Shown here: positions 20,701 through 30,055 of the stretch, piece by piece | Numbering within the stretch: position 1 is the stretch's first letter | Layout of the letters: each line of letters starts with the position of its first letter | Virus record (IMG/VR): IMGVR_UViG_3300049783_001162 | From: an uncultured virus (IMG/VR IMGVR_UViG_3300049783_001162) | Taxonomy: Duplodnaviria; Heunggongvirae; Uroviricota; Caudoviricetes | Reading direction: 5' to 3' (one strand) | Length of the DNA stretch: 64,000 nt | Made by a program: the position numbers and the translations under genes | The notes under the pieces: model-generated | The model's database searches: none | Seen by the model: only the letters and a program-made list of their open reading frames with translations | Told to the model about the DNA's origin: nothing

Positions 20701-22771
20701 TGTTTGCAACGACTTTACTCAATTAATCAGCGACGGTATCGGATTCTGGGTTACAAACCTAGGAAGAGCAGAACTTGTTAGTGTGTTTACATACTATGCT
20801 CATATTGGATACTTGTGTGAAAACGGCGGCAAGATTCGTGCTACAAACGGCAATAGTTCGTACGGTACATTTGGTACTGTAGCAGAAGGAACAGACGCTA
20901 CAGAGATACCAGCGGGTGGCAACATAACCAACCAGTTTTTTGATGCAATAGTTAGTAAAGTATTCACCGATGGTAATGAGATATTAACGTTCGAATATTC
21001 AAACGCCGGTGTTAATTACACAGAATCAACAGATGCTCTTCTTACTATAGAGGCCCAAAGCGCTGCATCTGCAGGAAGAGTAACCGGAACCTACTACAAT
21101 GTTTCTGGATCATCGAGTGGTGCAGGCATTGGACAAGAGTTTGATATCACAGTTGACGACTTTGGTGCAGCTAGTATAACGGTTAACAAAGGTGGCAGCG
21201 GCCACTTGGTGGCAGACACTATTACAATCAATGATAGCAACCTCGGCAATGGCGGCGGTGACAACTTAACATTTGATATTGCAACAATTGGTGATGCTAC
21301 ACAATACATTGTAACAGGCGAAGGATTTGGAGCAAGTATTGCATCAACTAACGTAGTGGATGGTGGAGTATTTGAAGTTAGACTACTCAACCCTGCTGAC
21401 AATATTGGCGGCGCAGGATATATTGACTCGGAAAATGTTGCACAAAGCGGTACAGCTACACAGATCACACTATCAAATACTGAACAAAGATTAGGAAGTC
21501 AGTATATAGGAATGGCAGTTTATATAACATCTGGGCTAGGTGCTGGACAATATGCATACATTGATGTATACAACGAAGGAACAAAAATAGCATCTGTTAA
21601 GAAGTTCAGCGACGATAGTGCAGGATGGGACCATGTTATTAGCGGGACAGGAATTGAATCTTCCTTAAACGATACTTCTAATTATAGTATTGAACCAAGA
21701 GTAACTTTTGCAGCACCTATTTCTGGATTGTATTCAGATACTGCAAAAGGAAGAGCATATGTAAGTGAAAATCGAATTGTGTTGATTACCATTTATGACC
21801 CAGGTAATGGATATAGCACAGCGCCTGTAATGACAATCACAGATCCAAATAATACAATTGATGTGCCGCATGATGTTAGAATAGGCGACGGAGTATTGTC
21901 ACAACCTACTTGGACCAGCAGAGGCACATCAATGGTAACTGCTAGTGCAGAACTCACAGGTGATGGATATGCTGATTCATTCCAACCTGGCACGTTTGTT
22001 AGAGTTACAAATCTCTCAGACATCCCAAAACCTGGATCCAATGTTGAATTTTCTGGAATTCCTGGACAATACTTTAGACTAGTAAACTTAAGAGACTTAG
22101 GCGGAACCGGCCCGTATTCGGCACAATTTCAAATAAGTCCAGCAATTAGTGTTACAGACGCAGTAGACCACAACGATACTGTTGAAATGCGCATTAGATA
22201 TTCTCAAGTACGATTGACAGGACACGACTTCTTAGATGTCGGTACTGGTAACTTTGCTGACACAGGATACCCTGGTGTACCGACTAATCCTGTAAATGCA
22301 GATCGCGAAATCGTACAAAGCGGTGGCGGCCGTATATTCTACACCAGCACTGACCAAGACGGTAACTTTAGAGTTGGAAGATTGTTCAACGTTGAACAAT
22401 CAACTGGTATTGCTACATTAAATGCTGATGCGTTTAACATTAGTGGATTAAATGAACTATCACTGGGTGCAGTTTCACTTGGAGGCACAGGTGCAATCAT
22501 TACTGAATTTAGTGTAGATGGTACATTTACTGCCAACAGTGATAATATTGTGCCGACTCAGAAAGCAATTAAAACTTATATATCTAGCCAAATCGGTGGA
22601 GGTGCTGGTGAGCTAAACGTCAACAGTATTACAGCAGGTTCGATATTAATTAGCGGACAAGAAATAACTACAACATCTGGTGCACAGATAAATATACTAC
22701 AGAAAGTTAATTTCACAGGTGGAATCCAAGGGGATCCAGTTGCATTAAATTACTTTTTATCATCGTTTTAA
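17756..22771 (+). CDS. Giant fibre/appendage protein B, paralogue of 13011..17711
   Basis: Same N-terminal repeats; shared RPSAGA.VSLDPG, YSQVRLTGHDFLD.GTGN and YTS.DQDGN.RVG motifs. Confidence 0.75.
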   Translation: MAEFKLGRIRFIWKGDWVASSVYFTDDIIRNGGNTYVCIAGHTSTTLFTDAQATYWNKISDGTEWKSSWGLNTYYKVNDIVTYGGLLYIANEAHTAAATVLSGLEADQSKWDLFAEGFDYKADWAVDSRYKINDIAKYNGTVYICTQDHSSALTLTDGLELDQANWDIFSTGFFWTNTWSATTRYTVNDIVRFGGTLYVCNTGHTSSATDELGLEADQSKWDYLHNGIEYRSDWLTTTRYKINDVVKYGGGIWICTTFHTSSATTLADDEANWSQFVEGLEFEDSWDSTTDYQPGDFVTYGGYSYVSTTNNIGAKPSDTPADWDLFTTGFRFIGDYEDDSSTREYIEGDVVRLGGYTYLCIDKHEGVRPPSAVQWQLLNQGIEWKSDWTDATFYDAGDSVQYGVNSYISILAHTSDETVDENRPDQDVTGINWNLLVAGAESGNLTTLGDIVYFGGAGATRLPVGTPGQVLTVNSLATAPQWTSFGEVNNVYYVESTNGADNPTPLNGVTLDRPFKTIRYATEQVLAGALRFNAKNLLLRNRSFIQDEVIEYITATYPALTYNAVKCRRDAGQVIDAVVWDLTHGGNARSRLASLSYFNENGDTYLADNAAETADSLNYIKTLSDAILSNIAPATVRGSLNQYTNAAFVEENDAQSTVVSLVNIVTDAITAGDTSAIPVERKAQNSIFVKTGQFNEVLPIVIPENTAIIGDELRSTRISPAASLVDSGDSVYSIAALARLQAIISNIVTHDTVTKSSGNALDPVTTSPPGTAPAGTFATELVQQISDYIDWGINGITSDSTVPQSYGSNIPNTTTDYTYAVETLEANREFLVAEISAYITVTYPGYVYAVASCSRDVNSYIDAIKHDLIYTGNYKSLLAARYYVNAVTGSTAEDMFYARNATGLRNCTVAGLSGTLGSDNAYGTKRPSAGAFVSLDPGWGPAHVAAWIINKSPYIQNVTTFGTGCVGCKVDGDLHAGGNDSIVCNDFTQLISDGIGFWVTNLGRAELVSVFTYYAHIGYLCENGGKIRATNGNSSYGTFGTVAEGTDATEIPAGGNITNQFFDAIVSKVFTDGNEILTFEYSNAGVNYTESTDALLTIEAQSAASAGRVTGTYYNVSGSSSGAGIGQEFDITVDDFGAASITVNKGGSGHLVADTITINDSNLGNGGGDNLTFDIATIGDATQYIVTGEGFGASIASTNVVDGGVFEVRLLNPADNIGGAGYIDSENVAQSGTATQITLSNTEQRLGSQYIGMAVYITSGLGAGQYAYIDVYNEGTKIASVKKFSDDSAGWDHVISGTGIESSLNDTSNYSIEPRVTFAAPISGLYSDTAKGRAYVSENRIVLITIYDPGNGYSTAPVMTITDPNNTIDVPHDVRIGDGVLSQPTWTSRGTSMVTASAELTGDGYADSFQPGTFVRVTNLSDIPKPGSNVEFSGIPGQYFRLVNLRDLGGTGPYSAQFQISPAISVTDAVDHNDTVEMRIRYSQVRLTGHDFLDVGTGNFADTGYPGVPTNPVNADREIVQSGGGRIFYTSTDQDGNFRVGRLFNVEQSTGIATLNADAFNISGLNELSLGAVSLGGTGAIITEFSVDGTFTANSDNIVPTQKAIKTYISSQIGGGAGELNVNSITAGSILISGQEITTTSGAQINILQKVNFTGGIQGDPVALNYFLSSF

Positions 22772-22786
22772 TAGAGGAAACATAAA

Positions 22787-23104
22787 ATGGCCACAGGAAG
22801 ATTAGCAGCAGCAGATATAGTTGCAACAACATTAACTACAGTGTATACATGTCCTGTGGACACTTATGCAGTAGTTTCTTTAAACGTTTGTAATAGAGGT
22901 GCTGTTAGCAGTGCAGTTCGAATTGCATTAGCCGACATAGACACTCCTACATTATCTGAATATATCGAATATGACGTCGATGTGTTTTCAAAAAATGTTA
23001 TAGAGAGAACCGGTATAGTTCTCTCTGCAGGACAACGAATAGTTGTTTATTCAGGTCAGGCAAATGTAAGTGCAGTTGTTGTTGGAATCGAAACTTTGTC
23101 ATAA
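22787..23104 (+). CDS. Small structural protein
   Basis: 105 aa; TTVYTCP..TYAVVSLNVCNR; similar size and pattern to 12291..12623. Confidence 0.65.
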   Translation: MATGRLAAADIVATTLTTVYTCPVDTYAVVSLNVCNRGAVSSAVRIALADIDTPTLSEYIEYDVDVFSKNVIERTGIVLSAGQRIVVYSGQANVSAVVVGIETLS

Positions 23105-23127
23105 ATATATAAAAGAGGTACTATACA

Positions 23128-23403
23128 ATGGGAAGACTTGTTAATTCGTCTGTTACTAGCAGTAATGTATCAGTACACTACGATGGCACTGATACAATAT
23201 ATGATGCTGATGGATATGTAACGGCATACAATGCAAACGGAATTATGTATACTAACATAACATATACCACTGACGTTGGCACAGCTGGTGCACAATACGG
23301 TGGATCTTATAAAACAGTATCTGGATGGACTGAAAATAATTCTCGAAATATATCAGTAAGCTACAACGCCACTGGCCGTGTATCTATTCTAGCAGTGACG
23401 TAA
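23128..23403 (+). CDS. Hypothetical protein
   Basis: 91 aa, SD GAGG, TAAATA upstream. Confidence 0.6.
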   Translation: MGRLVNSSVTSSNVSVHYDGTDTIYDADGYVTAYNANGIMYTNITYTTDVGTAGAQYGGSYKTVSGWTENNSRNISVSYNATGRVSILAVT

Positions 23404-23415
23404 AAGGAGAATAAT

Positions 23416-24465
23416 ATGTCAGACCCGTCAGTCTACAACGCAATTTTACAACAAAACAAACAATTGCAAAACAGTATTCAAGAAGAACGAATATATGCAA
23501 TTGACTCATTAACAGACGCTGCAACAATAATCAGTGGCGATGTGACCGCTGCTGCTCTGCAAGGACTGGGCATCACACCCTGGGAGCCTGCTAACTGGAG
23601 TGCGCTACCGTTGCTGGAAAGTCCAGTAGGATGTTTGTGTGTACTTGACGGCGCTTCTGGATGCATGCGCTGCGGCGCGTCTTGCACGTGGACAGTGCCA
23701 GCAGCTACTACAAAAGCACAATTTCAACTTTGGGGCCCAGGGGCCGGAACAGGTAATGGCCAGTGCTGTAGCGGATCACCGTTCGGCGCTAATGGCGCAT
23801 ATGCAACAACTATTATAGATGTAACACCGGGCGACACGTATGATTTGTGTGCAGGATGTGCATATTGTTGTTATGCATCTGCCACCTCCCAGAGCTATAG
23901 CGGGATTACATGTTCTACTACAGTAACTGGCAACGGATTAACTGGGCTTTGCGCCCAAGGTGGCATGGGCAATTTAGCGTGTGGCATGAAAGATTTCCAC
24001 GACAGCTATATTCAGTGTCGTTGGCGTGGCGAAGGATCAGGCGACACTCAAGGACCCTGCCTTTGCGCAGCAGGAACTTGGTATTGTTTTGGCGGAAGTT
24101 GCTCAACCTGTACTATAGTTCCTTTCATTGCATCCACAGAATTTACATACAACGGGTCTTCAACTGGCACTGAGGTAATCGGATTGCCGTCTATATATGG
24201 TGGCGGATGTATTGACGGAAATCACTATGGATATTTTACTAGTCCGCCAGTGATAGGTCCATGTCATACTGTACAGACTTGTGCGCAGTGTAAATGTGAG
24301 ACATTCACTAGCGGAAGCTGTTGCGGCGGGTGCAGGTGTCAAGCAAACACCAGTTATAAATGTGTCCCGGGCGCCGGCGGAACATGGACGCACATGATGG
24401 GTGGCTCAACCAGCTGGGCAGGCGATGCAGGCCGCGGTGGCATGGTAAGAGTAAGCTGGTGTTAA
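23416..24465 (+). CDS. Cys/Gly-rich putative virion fibre-tip protein 1
   Basis: CTWTVP...QFQLWGPGAG glycine-rich domain, about 31 Cys, terminal GRGGMVRVSW. Confidence 0.65.
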   Translation: MSDPSVYNAILQQNKQLQNSIQEERIYAIDSLTDAATIISGDVTAAALQGLGITPWEPANWSALPLLESPVGCLCVLDGASGCMRCGASCTWTVPAATTKAQFQLWGPGAGTGNGQCCSGSPFGANGAYATTIIDVTPGDTYDLCAGCAYCCYASATSQSYSGITCSTTVTGNGLTGLCAQGGMGNLACGMKDFHDSYIQCRWRGEGSGDTQGPCLCAAGTWYCFGGSCSTCTIVPFIASTEFTYNGSSTGTEVIGLPSIYGGGCIDGNHYGYFTSPPVIGPCHTVQTCAQCKCETFTSGSCCGGCRCQANTSYKCVPGAGGTWTHMMGGSTSWAGDAGRGGMVRVSWC

Positions 24466-24477
24466 AAGGATAAAATT

Positions 24478-25128
24478 ATGGAAAAAACATTTACAATAAA
24501 CGTTCCGGACGAAATTTGGGTAGACTCTTGGAACAACGATAAAATAGAAACTTATACATATACTGGCCCAGACACAGTATACGTATTAATCAGTGACAAA
24601 ACAGATGACATTGTCACCTGGAGTGAAGATCTTATTACAACAGATGAAAACAGTTTGGACTTTGTAGTAGAAATAGATGCAACTTTAGAAACAATGACTT
24701 CGGTTGCTCACTATATAATGAGCAACGGAGCAGAACATGAATACGTGTACAAAGAAGTGACCAATCATGACGGATCTGTGCATACACAATTTACCAACCC
24801 AGTAATCGGTGATTACTTTGATGTATCATATAATCGAATTTCTGGAGTAATCTTGGAACCTGTTTATAAGAATATTAAAACCACTGCTGAAGAAATTGCC
24901 GAAAACAGATTAGCATACGTTAAAAAATATGACAACATATACGATTTTGGTGACACTGATCAGGCGAGTATTGATGCGTTTGTAGCAAAAATAGATTCGT
25001 ACTTGACAACTATGAGTGATGTATTTCCGTGGAAATACATAACCATAGACAATTCAAATATTCCTAAAGTGCCAGTAAAATTAATACAACTGTTCTCAAC
25101 ATTACCTGATATAGACGCAGGAGAATAA
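24478..25128 (+). CDS. Hypothetical acidic protein (possible chaperone of the Cys-rich proteins)
   Basis: 216 aa between the two Cys-rich paralogues. Confidence 0.55.
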   Translation: MEKTFTINVPDEIWVDSWNNDKIETYTYTGPDTVYVLISDKTDDIVTWSEDLITTDENSLDFVVEIDATLETMTSVAHYIMSNGAEHEYVYKEVTNHDGSVHTQFTNPVIGDYFDVSYNRISGVILEPVYKNIKTTAEEIAENRLAYVKKYDNIYDFGDTDQASIDAFVAKIDSYLTTMSDVFPWKYITIDNSNIPKVPVKLIQLFSTLPDIDAGE

Positions 25129-25129
25129 T

Positions 25130-26173
25130 ATGAGTGACGTTATATTATATGCTGCATTAAAGGAAAATAAAAAGCTGACAGCTGAGTTAGAACTTATTCA
25201 AGCTGCGAGAAATAATTCACTATTGGAATACGGAGTAGGAGGAACTGTTGCCGGAGGCCCTTACTCCAATGAATTGCTATCAAAAGCTGGTGTTTGTAAA
25301 CCTGCAATGGTAGTCGATTGGGAAAACAAATTAAAACCGTTTGTAGAAACTCGAGCCAACGGATTGAAAATTTGTGATGTTAGTGGAAATTTCCAGCAAG
25401 GCGCGTCTTGCACATGGACAGTACCAGTAGGCGTTACAAATGTTCAGTTTCAGTTGTGGGGAGCAGGTGCCGGATCAGGAACTGTAGATTGTTGCGGCGG
25501 TTCGGCATTTGCACCAAGTGGTGCGTATGCCGTTGCCAAAATGGATGTAACAGCAGGAGACACATATCAATTAGAAAGCGGCTGCGCAAGACTTTGTTAT
25601 GCAACAGCTTGTACAATCACAGGTCTGTGCGGCCAGGGGAGTAGTGTAATCGGCAACGGAATAACTATTTGCGCTCAAGGCGGGATTAGCTGTTATTGTC
25701 ACTGGGGACAAGACATTGACGCAATTGGCTTGGGCGCCAGCACTTGTGGCCTACCTTATCTACAAGGAGATTCATGTGCGCCCAACTCTTGCGCTGGCTA
25801 TAATTTTTGCTGGGATACCGGCAATGATAATACTGATATTTGTCATGCATTTAGTCGACAGACTTGGGTTCTTCCTGTTGCAAATGCTGCATGCAATGTT
25901 GACGCATACGGAATCAACGGAATGTGGCCTAGTATGTATATTGGCACCAACGGCCTAACTGATGCATACAGTGTTAGTGCTCCAGTGTTTGGTTTTGAAA
26001 ATATGACATGCTGTAAAGTATGGACTGCACTTAGTACCAGTGGATTGCGGGCAAGTGCTGGCGTGCAAGCAGGACCAGGGTTTGGCGGATTTGCTTCTGC
26101 AGTTAGGTCCGGTATTACCGGAATGACTGGCGATAGTGGTGGCATGGGAATGATATGTGTGAGTTGGAATTAA
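25130..26173 (+). CDS. Cys/Gly-rich putative virion protein 2 (paralogue)
   Basis: CTWTVP...QFQLWGAGAG, about 21 Cys, terminal GGMGMICVSW. Confidence 0.65.
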   Translation: MSDVILYAALKENKKLTAELELIQAARNNSLLEYGVGGTVAGGPYSNELLSKAGVCKPAMVVDWENKLKPFVETRANGLKICDVSGNFQQGASCTWTVPVGVTNVQFQLWGAGAGSGTVDCCGGSAFAPSGAYAVAKMDVTAGDTYQLESGCARLCYATACTITGLCGQGSSVIGNGITICAQGGISCYCHWGQDIDAIGLGASTCGLPYLQGDSCAPNSCAGYNFCWDTGNDNTDICHAFSRQTWVLPVANAACNVDAYGINGMWPSMYIGTNGLTDAYSVSAPVFGFENMTCCKVWTALSTSGLRASAGVQAGPGFGGFASAVRSGITGMTGDSGGMGMICVSWN

Positions 26174-26189
26174 ACTAACTTTCACTTCT

Positions 26190-26239
26190 GTCCTTTGTGT
26201 TGTTTTTAAACTATAAGTATTATAAACAACACAAAGGAC
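26190..26239 (+). promoter_or_regulatory. 16-bp perfect inverted repeat covering the RBS, with TAAGTA box in the loop
   Basis: gtcctttgtgttgttt (26190-26205) / aaacaacacaaaggac (26224-26239). Confidence 0.7.
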
Positions 26240-26245
26240 TTTTTC

Positions 26246-27211
26246 ATGAAAAAAGCGTTTTTTATAAACGGTGGAGCAGGCAGAGTACTTTGTAGTATTC
26301 CTGCTCTTGAATATTACAAAGAAAACACTGACCCGGATGTAGTAATAGTTGCAGAGTCGTGGTCAGAGCTGTTTCTATCTACGTCTTTGAGAAACAACAT
26401 TTACCCAGTTAATTCAAAGGGGCTATTTGAACTCTTAAAAGACAAAGAGATTATCAGCCCAGAACCTTACAGATTAAATGCATATTTTAACCAGCAAGTA
26501 AATTTAATTCAAGCATTCGACATGCTGATCAACGAAGTTGATAATACTGTAAGCAGCAAACCAATAACTCTTGATGTTGGAAAGAACGATCAAATATACG
26601 GGCATAACCTAGTTAATCAAATTAAATCTCAAATACAAAAAGAAAAAACAATAGTATTTCAGCCATTTGGCAGTGGCGCAAGACTAGAAGGTAACTTTAT
26701 ATGGGACACAAGCGGACGAAGTTTTGAATTAAAAGATATCTTTAGAATAGTCGAAGAACTGTCAAAAGACTATGCTGTGATATTAATGAGTCAAATAAAA
26801 ATTCCTACTGAAAAGCCTATGGGAGCAGTTATTCCTGACAATGCAAGTTTACTGCAATGGATGGGCATAATAAATGCTGCTGATTATTTTGTTGGCTGCG
26901 ATAGTATGGGACAGCATTATGCTCATGCGCTAGGCAAGCCTGCAACTGTTGTCATTGGTGCTACATATCCGGAAAACATCAGTTATCCTGGAAACAAAGA
27001 TTTTACCATTATTGACAATGCTGCTGATAAAAGAACTTACACTCCTTATAGAATCACAGGAGATCCTGCATCAGAAAGAGACAATGAAGATAATATGATT
27101 TTGTCTGATGAAACATTCAAGGAAGTTATTACTAGTGTAAAAAACAAATTAGGAAAAAAGAACAACAATTTGTTTCCGCTAGCGTCACCAAAGAATTTAA
27201 ATAGGAATTAA
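26246..27211 (+). CDS. Glycosyltransferase, GT9 (heptosyltransferase)-like
   Basis: N-terminal GGAGRVLC and C-terminal FVGCDSMGQHYAHALGKPATVVIG signature. Confidence 0.75.
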   Translation: MKKAFFINGGAGRVLCSIPALEYYKENTDPDVVIVAESWSELFLSTSLRNNIYPVNSKGLFELLKDKEIISPEPYRLNAYFNQQVNLIQAFDMLINEVDNTVSSKPITLDVGKNDQIYGHNLVNQIKSQIQKEKTIVFQPFGSGARLEGNFIWDTSGRSFELKDIFRIVEELSKDYAVILMSQIKIPTEKPMGAVIPDNASLLQWMGIINAADYFVGCDSMGQHYAHALGKPATVVIGATYPENISYPGNKDFTIIDNAADKRTYTPYRITGDPASERDNEDNMILSDETFKEVITSVKNKLGKKNNNLFPLASPKNLNRN

Positions 27212-27214
27212 TAT

Positions 27215-29017
27215 ATGTTATCTGGATACATTTTAGGAATATCAAGAGGCCACAACGCAGGAGTGTGTTTGTTAAAAGATGGCAAGATTGTTTTTGCAAT
27301 TGAAGAAGAGCGTCTGAGTAGACAAAAATATGACGGCGGCCCGTATGCTGCAATGATCAAGGTAAAAGAATACACCGATACTGTTGATGTTATTGTAGTG
27401 TCGCACACACAGACGTTAGAAGATACTTGTGCAACAGTGGACTACACTGGCGACTATGTTTATACTGGTATAGCACGCAAGCTAGGACTGATCGACCGAA
27501 AAGCAGACTTGCGAAACCATCCGCAAGTTATAGACCTAAGCAAACAGCATCATAAAATACATGCAGCGTGTGCGTTTTATCGCAGCGGGTTTGATGAGGC
27601 CGCAGCCGTGATCATTGACGGAGCAGGGTCTGTACATGGATGCAACATTGGCAACACATCAACTCATGTTTGGGAAGTAGAAACAATATTTGATTGTTCT
27701 TATCCTGCTAATATTAATACTGTATACAAGCATTACGGATCGCGCGACCCTATTCCTACAGTTATAACGTCCGAAGTTTCCAGTGAACGATTTGGCGAAC
27801 CTGGCAATCACATAGAACTAATATCAGGCAACGCTGGAATTGTTAAAGTGTTCGAAGCAGTAACTGAGTACTGCGGATTTCAGGCAATTGAAGCAGGAAA
27901 AACCATGGGTCTGTTTCCTTATGGAAAACCAAATCAAAAAATTCCTGCACTGTTTAACAAAGACACAAACTTTCCAATATCCAACAAAAACGTTGTTCTA
28001 CCCAATTATCCAAACAGCGCAATTGTAAACATGTTCAATTATTCAGAACTTTCTCAATCAAGTACAGTAGATGTATCTGATCTAACAACTATGGAGAACA
28101 GACGAGACCTGGCATACACATGTCAGACAGAAACACAGGAACAGGCAGTAGACTTGATTAGAACAGCAGCCAAGCTAACTGGAAAAAACAAAGTTGTAGT
28201 CAGTGGCGGGTTTGGATTAAATTGTGTTGCGAATTATTATTATTTAGAAAAGCTCAAAGAAGAGAACATCGAAATATTTGTCGAACCAGTTAGCAATGAC
28301 GGTGGCACAGCTATAGGCGCTGCATTATTGTATTATTACAATCAATCACAGTCAACTACTCCTATGCCAGCAGATGTATATCTAGGTCCGGAATACAATT
28401 ATAGCAACAGCGACATTGATGCCATTGTAACAAAGTACAACGGCGTTGTACAAAATGATATCACAGACGATGATGTAATCAAACTGATGCGCGATAAAAA
28501 TATTGTAGCAATGTTTCAGGGCCGCAGCGAAGCAGGTCCACGTGCATTAGGAAACAGAAGCTTGATGTTTGATCCAACATTCGAAGACGGAAAAGACTTT
28601 GTCAACGAAATCAAACGCCGAGAATACTTCCGTCCATTTGCAGGATCGATCCTTGTTGAGGACGTGCATGAATGGTTTGATTTACGCGGAATGGATGACA
28701 GCCCGCATATGATGTATGCAGTATCGTGCAAAGAAGGAATTGCTGAAAAGATTCCAAGTATCATCCATGTTGACGGATCATGTAGAATTCAAACTGTTAG
28801 CAAAGAAGATAATCCAGTTTATCATAGAATTATTTCAAAGTTCAAAGAACAAACTGGGGTTCCTATCATTTTTAATACCAGCTTTAATTTAGGTGGTGAG
28901 CCTCTTGTAGAAACATTAGAGGATGCTTTGTGGACACTACAGCAGAGTCGCATTGAATATTTGTATCTACCAGAGTACAAAAAACTAATCACAGTTGGTA
29001 ACTTTACCATAGCATAA
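27215..29017 (+). CDS. Carbamoyltransferase (NodU/CmcH family)
   Basis: EEERLSRQKY, HHKIHA, GKTMGL, GGFGLNCVAN, EAGPRALGNRS, KRREYFRPFA, NTSFNLGGEP. Confidence 0.93.
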   Translation: MLSGYILGISRGHNAGVCLLKDGKIVFAIEEERLSRQKYDGGPYAAMIKVKEYTDTVDVIVVSHTQTLEDTCATVDYTGDYVYTGIARKLGLIDRKADLRNHPQVIDLSKQHHKIHAACAFYRSGFDEAAAVIIDGAGSVHGCNIGNTSTHVWEVETIFDCSYPANINTVYKHYGSRDPIPTVITSEVSSERFGEPGNHIELISGNAGIVKVFEAVTEYCGFQAIEAGKTMGLFPYGKPNQKIPALFNKDTNFPISNKNVVLPNYPNSAIVNMFNYSELSQSSTVDVSDLTTMENRRDLAYTCQTETQEQAVDLIRTAAKLTGKNKVVVSGGFGLNCVANYYYLEKLKEENIEIFVEPVSNDGGTAIGAALLYYYNQSQSTTPMPADVYLGPEYNYSNSDIDAIVTKYNGVVQNDITDDDVIKLMRDKNIVAMFQGRSEAGPRALGNRSLMFDPTFEDGKDFVNEIKRREYFRPFAGSILVEDVHEWFDLRGMDDSPHMMYAVSCKEGIAEKIPSIIHVDGSCRIQTVSKEDNPVYHRIISKFKEQTGVPIIFNTSFNLGGEPLVETLEDALWTLQQSRIEYLYLPEYKKLITVGNFTIA

Positions 29018-29019
29018 TA

Positions 29020-29056
29020 AAAAAGCCTAACAGCATCAAACACTGTTAGGCTTTTT
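29020..29056. terminator. Bidirectional terminator between convergent operons
   Basis: aaaaagcctaacag ... ctgttaggcttttt. Confidence 0.9.
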
Positions 29057-29061
29057 GTTAT

Positions 29062-29670
29062 TTAAAGAGATTGTGCAAAGTCCCACAAGTTATCAAATAC
29101 TATTGTCTTCTTTTTAATACTCTTATAAGAAAATTTATTTAATTCTTTTTCGGTTACTTGTCCGTATCCGGTCCTAACTAATATAGGAGTTGCTCCCATT
29201 TTAACGGCAGCTTTTAGATCTGATAGTTTGTCACCTACAAATATACCTTTTGAAAACTTGATAGCAGGATGTTCTTTTTCACAACGTTTGAACATTCCGG
29301 TGTTTGGCTTTGCGTACATGTTATTTTTCTGACTACTTGCACTGTAATACAGAGCGTCAACACTAGGACACCCAGCTTTGCCTAGTAATTCAAACATGTA
29401 AGTGTGTACACTATCTACATCCGATTCTTTCATTATTCCTTTTTCGATCCCGCCTTGGTTTGTAATAATAGCAATCTTGTGTCCTTTAGATCGTATTAGT
29501 GCAACTGCTGCAAGGCTATTTTCAATTGGAATAAACATATTGGCATTGGTTACATACGTACCTATGTCTTGATTAATTACTCCATCCCTGTCTAATCCTA
29601 CTACACATTTGTCGTAAGAATCATTATTATAGCTTACTGCTAAGGCATTATCTAAAACATTTTTAGCCAT
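29062..29670 (-). CDS. gmhB: D-glycero-D-manno-heptose 1,7-bisphosphate phosphatase (HAD family)
   Basis: LDRDGVIN, ITNQGGI, KPNTGM, VGDKLSD, LVRTGYG. Confidence 0.9.
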   Translation of the reverse strand: MAKNVLDNALAVSYNNDSYDKCVVGLDRDGVINQDIGTYVTNANMFIPIENSLAAVALIRSKGHKIAIITNQGGIEKGIMKESDVDSVHTYMFELLGKAGCPSVDALYYSASSQKNNMYAKPNTGMFKRCEKEHPAIKFSKGIFVGDKLSDLKAAVKMGATPILVRTGYGQVTEKELNKFSYKSIKKKTIVFDNLWDFAQSL

Positions 29671-30055
29671 CTAGTGGCGTTGCTTGCTGACTATCGCCTG
29701 GTAAAACTCTATAATTATCTTCAACACTGTCAGCAGTGGACACTTCGGATATCGAACTTCCTGCTTCTAAACATTCTAGCTGATGAGGCTGCAATGGTGG
29801 ATTGTGCCATACATCGCCATGGCCGAGCTCTTTTTCGTACATTGATGCAGTGGCAGTATCAATCCATCTTACTTTAAATTTTCCGTTATTTACAAACCAT
29901 GTTTCGTCTTTTTCTTTGTGAAAATGCATGCTAAACTTGGCTCCTGCTTTTTCAAACACCATAATTTTTCCGCAATACTCGTCAGTGGATGCCCAAATTA
30001 GTTCATATCCCCACCCTTTGGTTACTACTCCACTTAGTCTAGTTGGTTGTTCCAT
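29663..30055 (-). CDS. Cupin-fold sugar isomerase-like protein
   Basis: KGWGYE, SMHFHKEKDETW, PLQPHQL, EVST..SVEDNYR. Confidence 0.75.
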   Translation of the reverse strand: MEQPTRLSGVVTKGWGYELIWASTDEYCGKIMVFEKAGAKFSMHFHKEKDETWFVNNGKFKVRWIDTATASMYEKELGHGDVWHNPPLQPHQLECLEAGSSISEVSTADSVEDNYRVLPGDSQQATPLDG

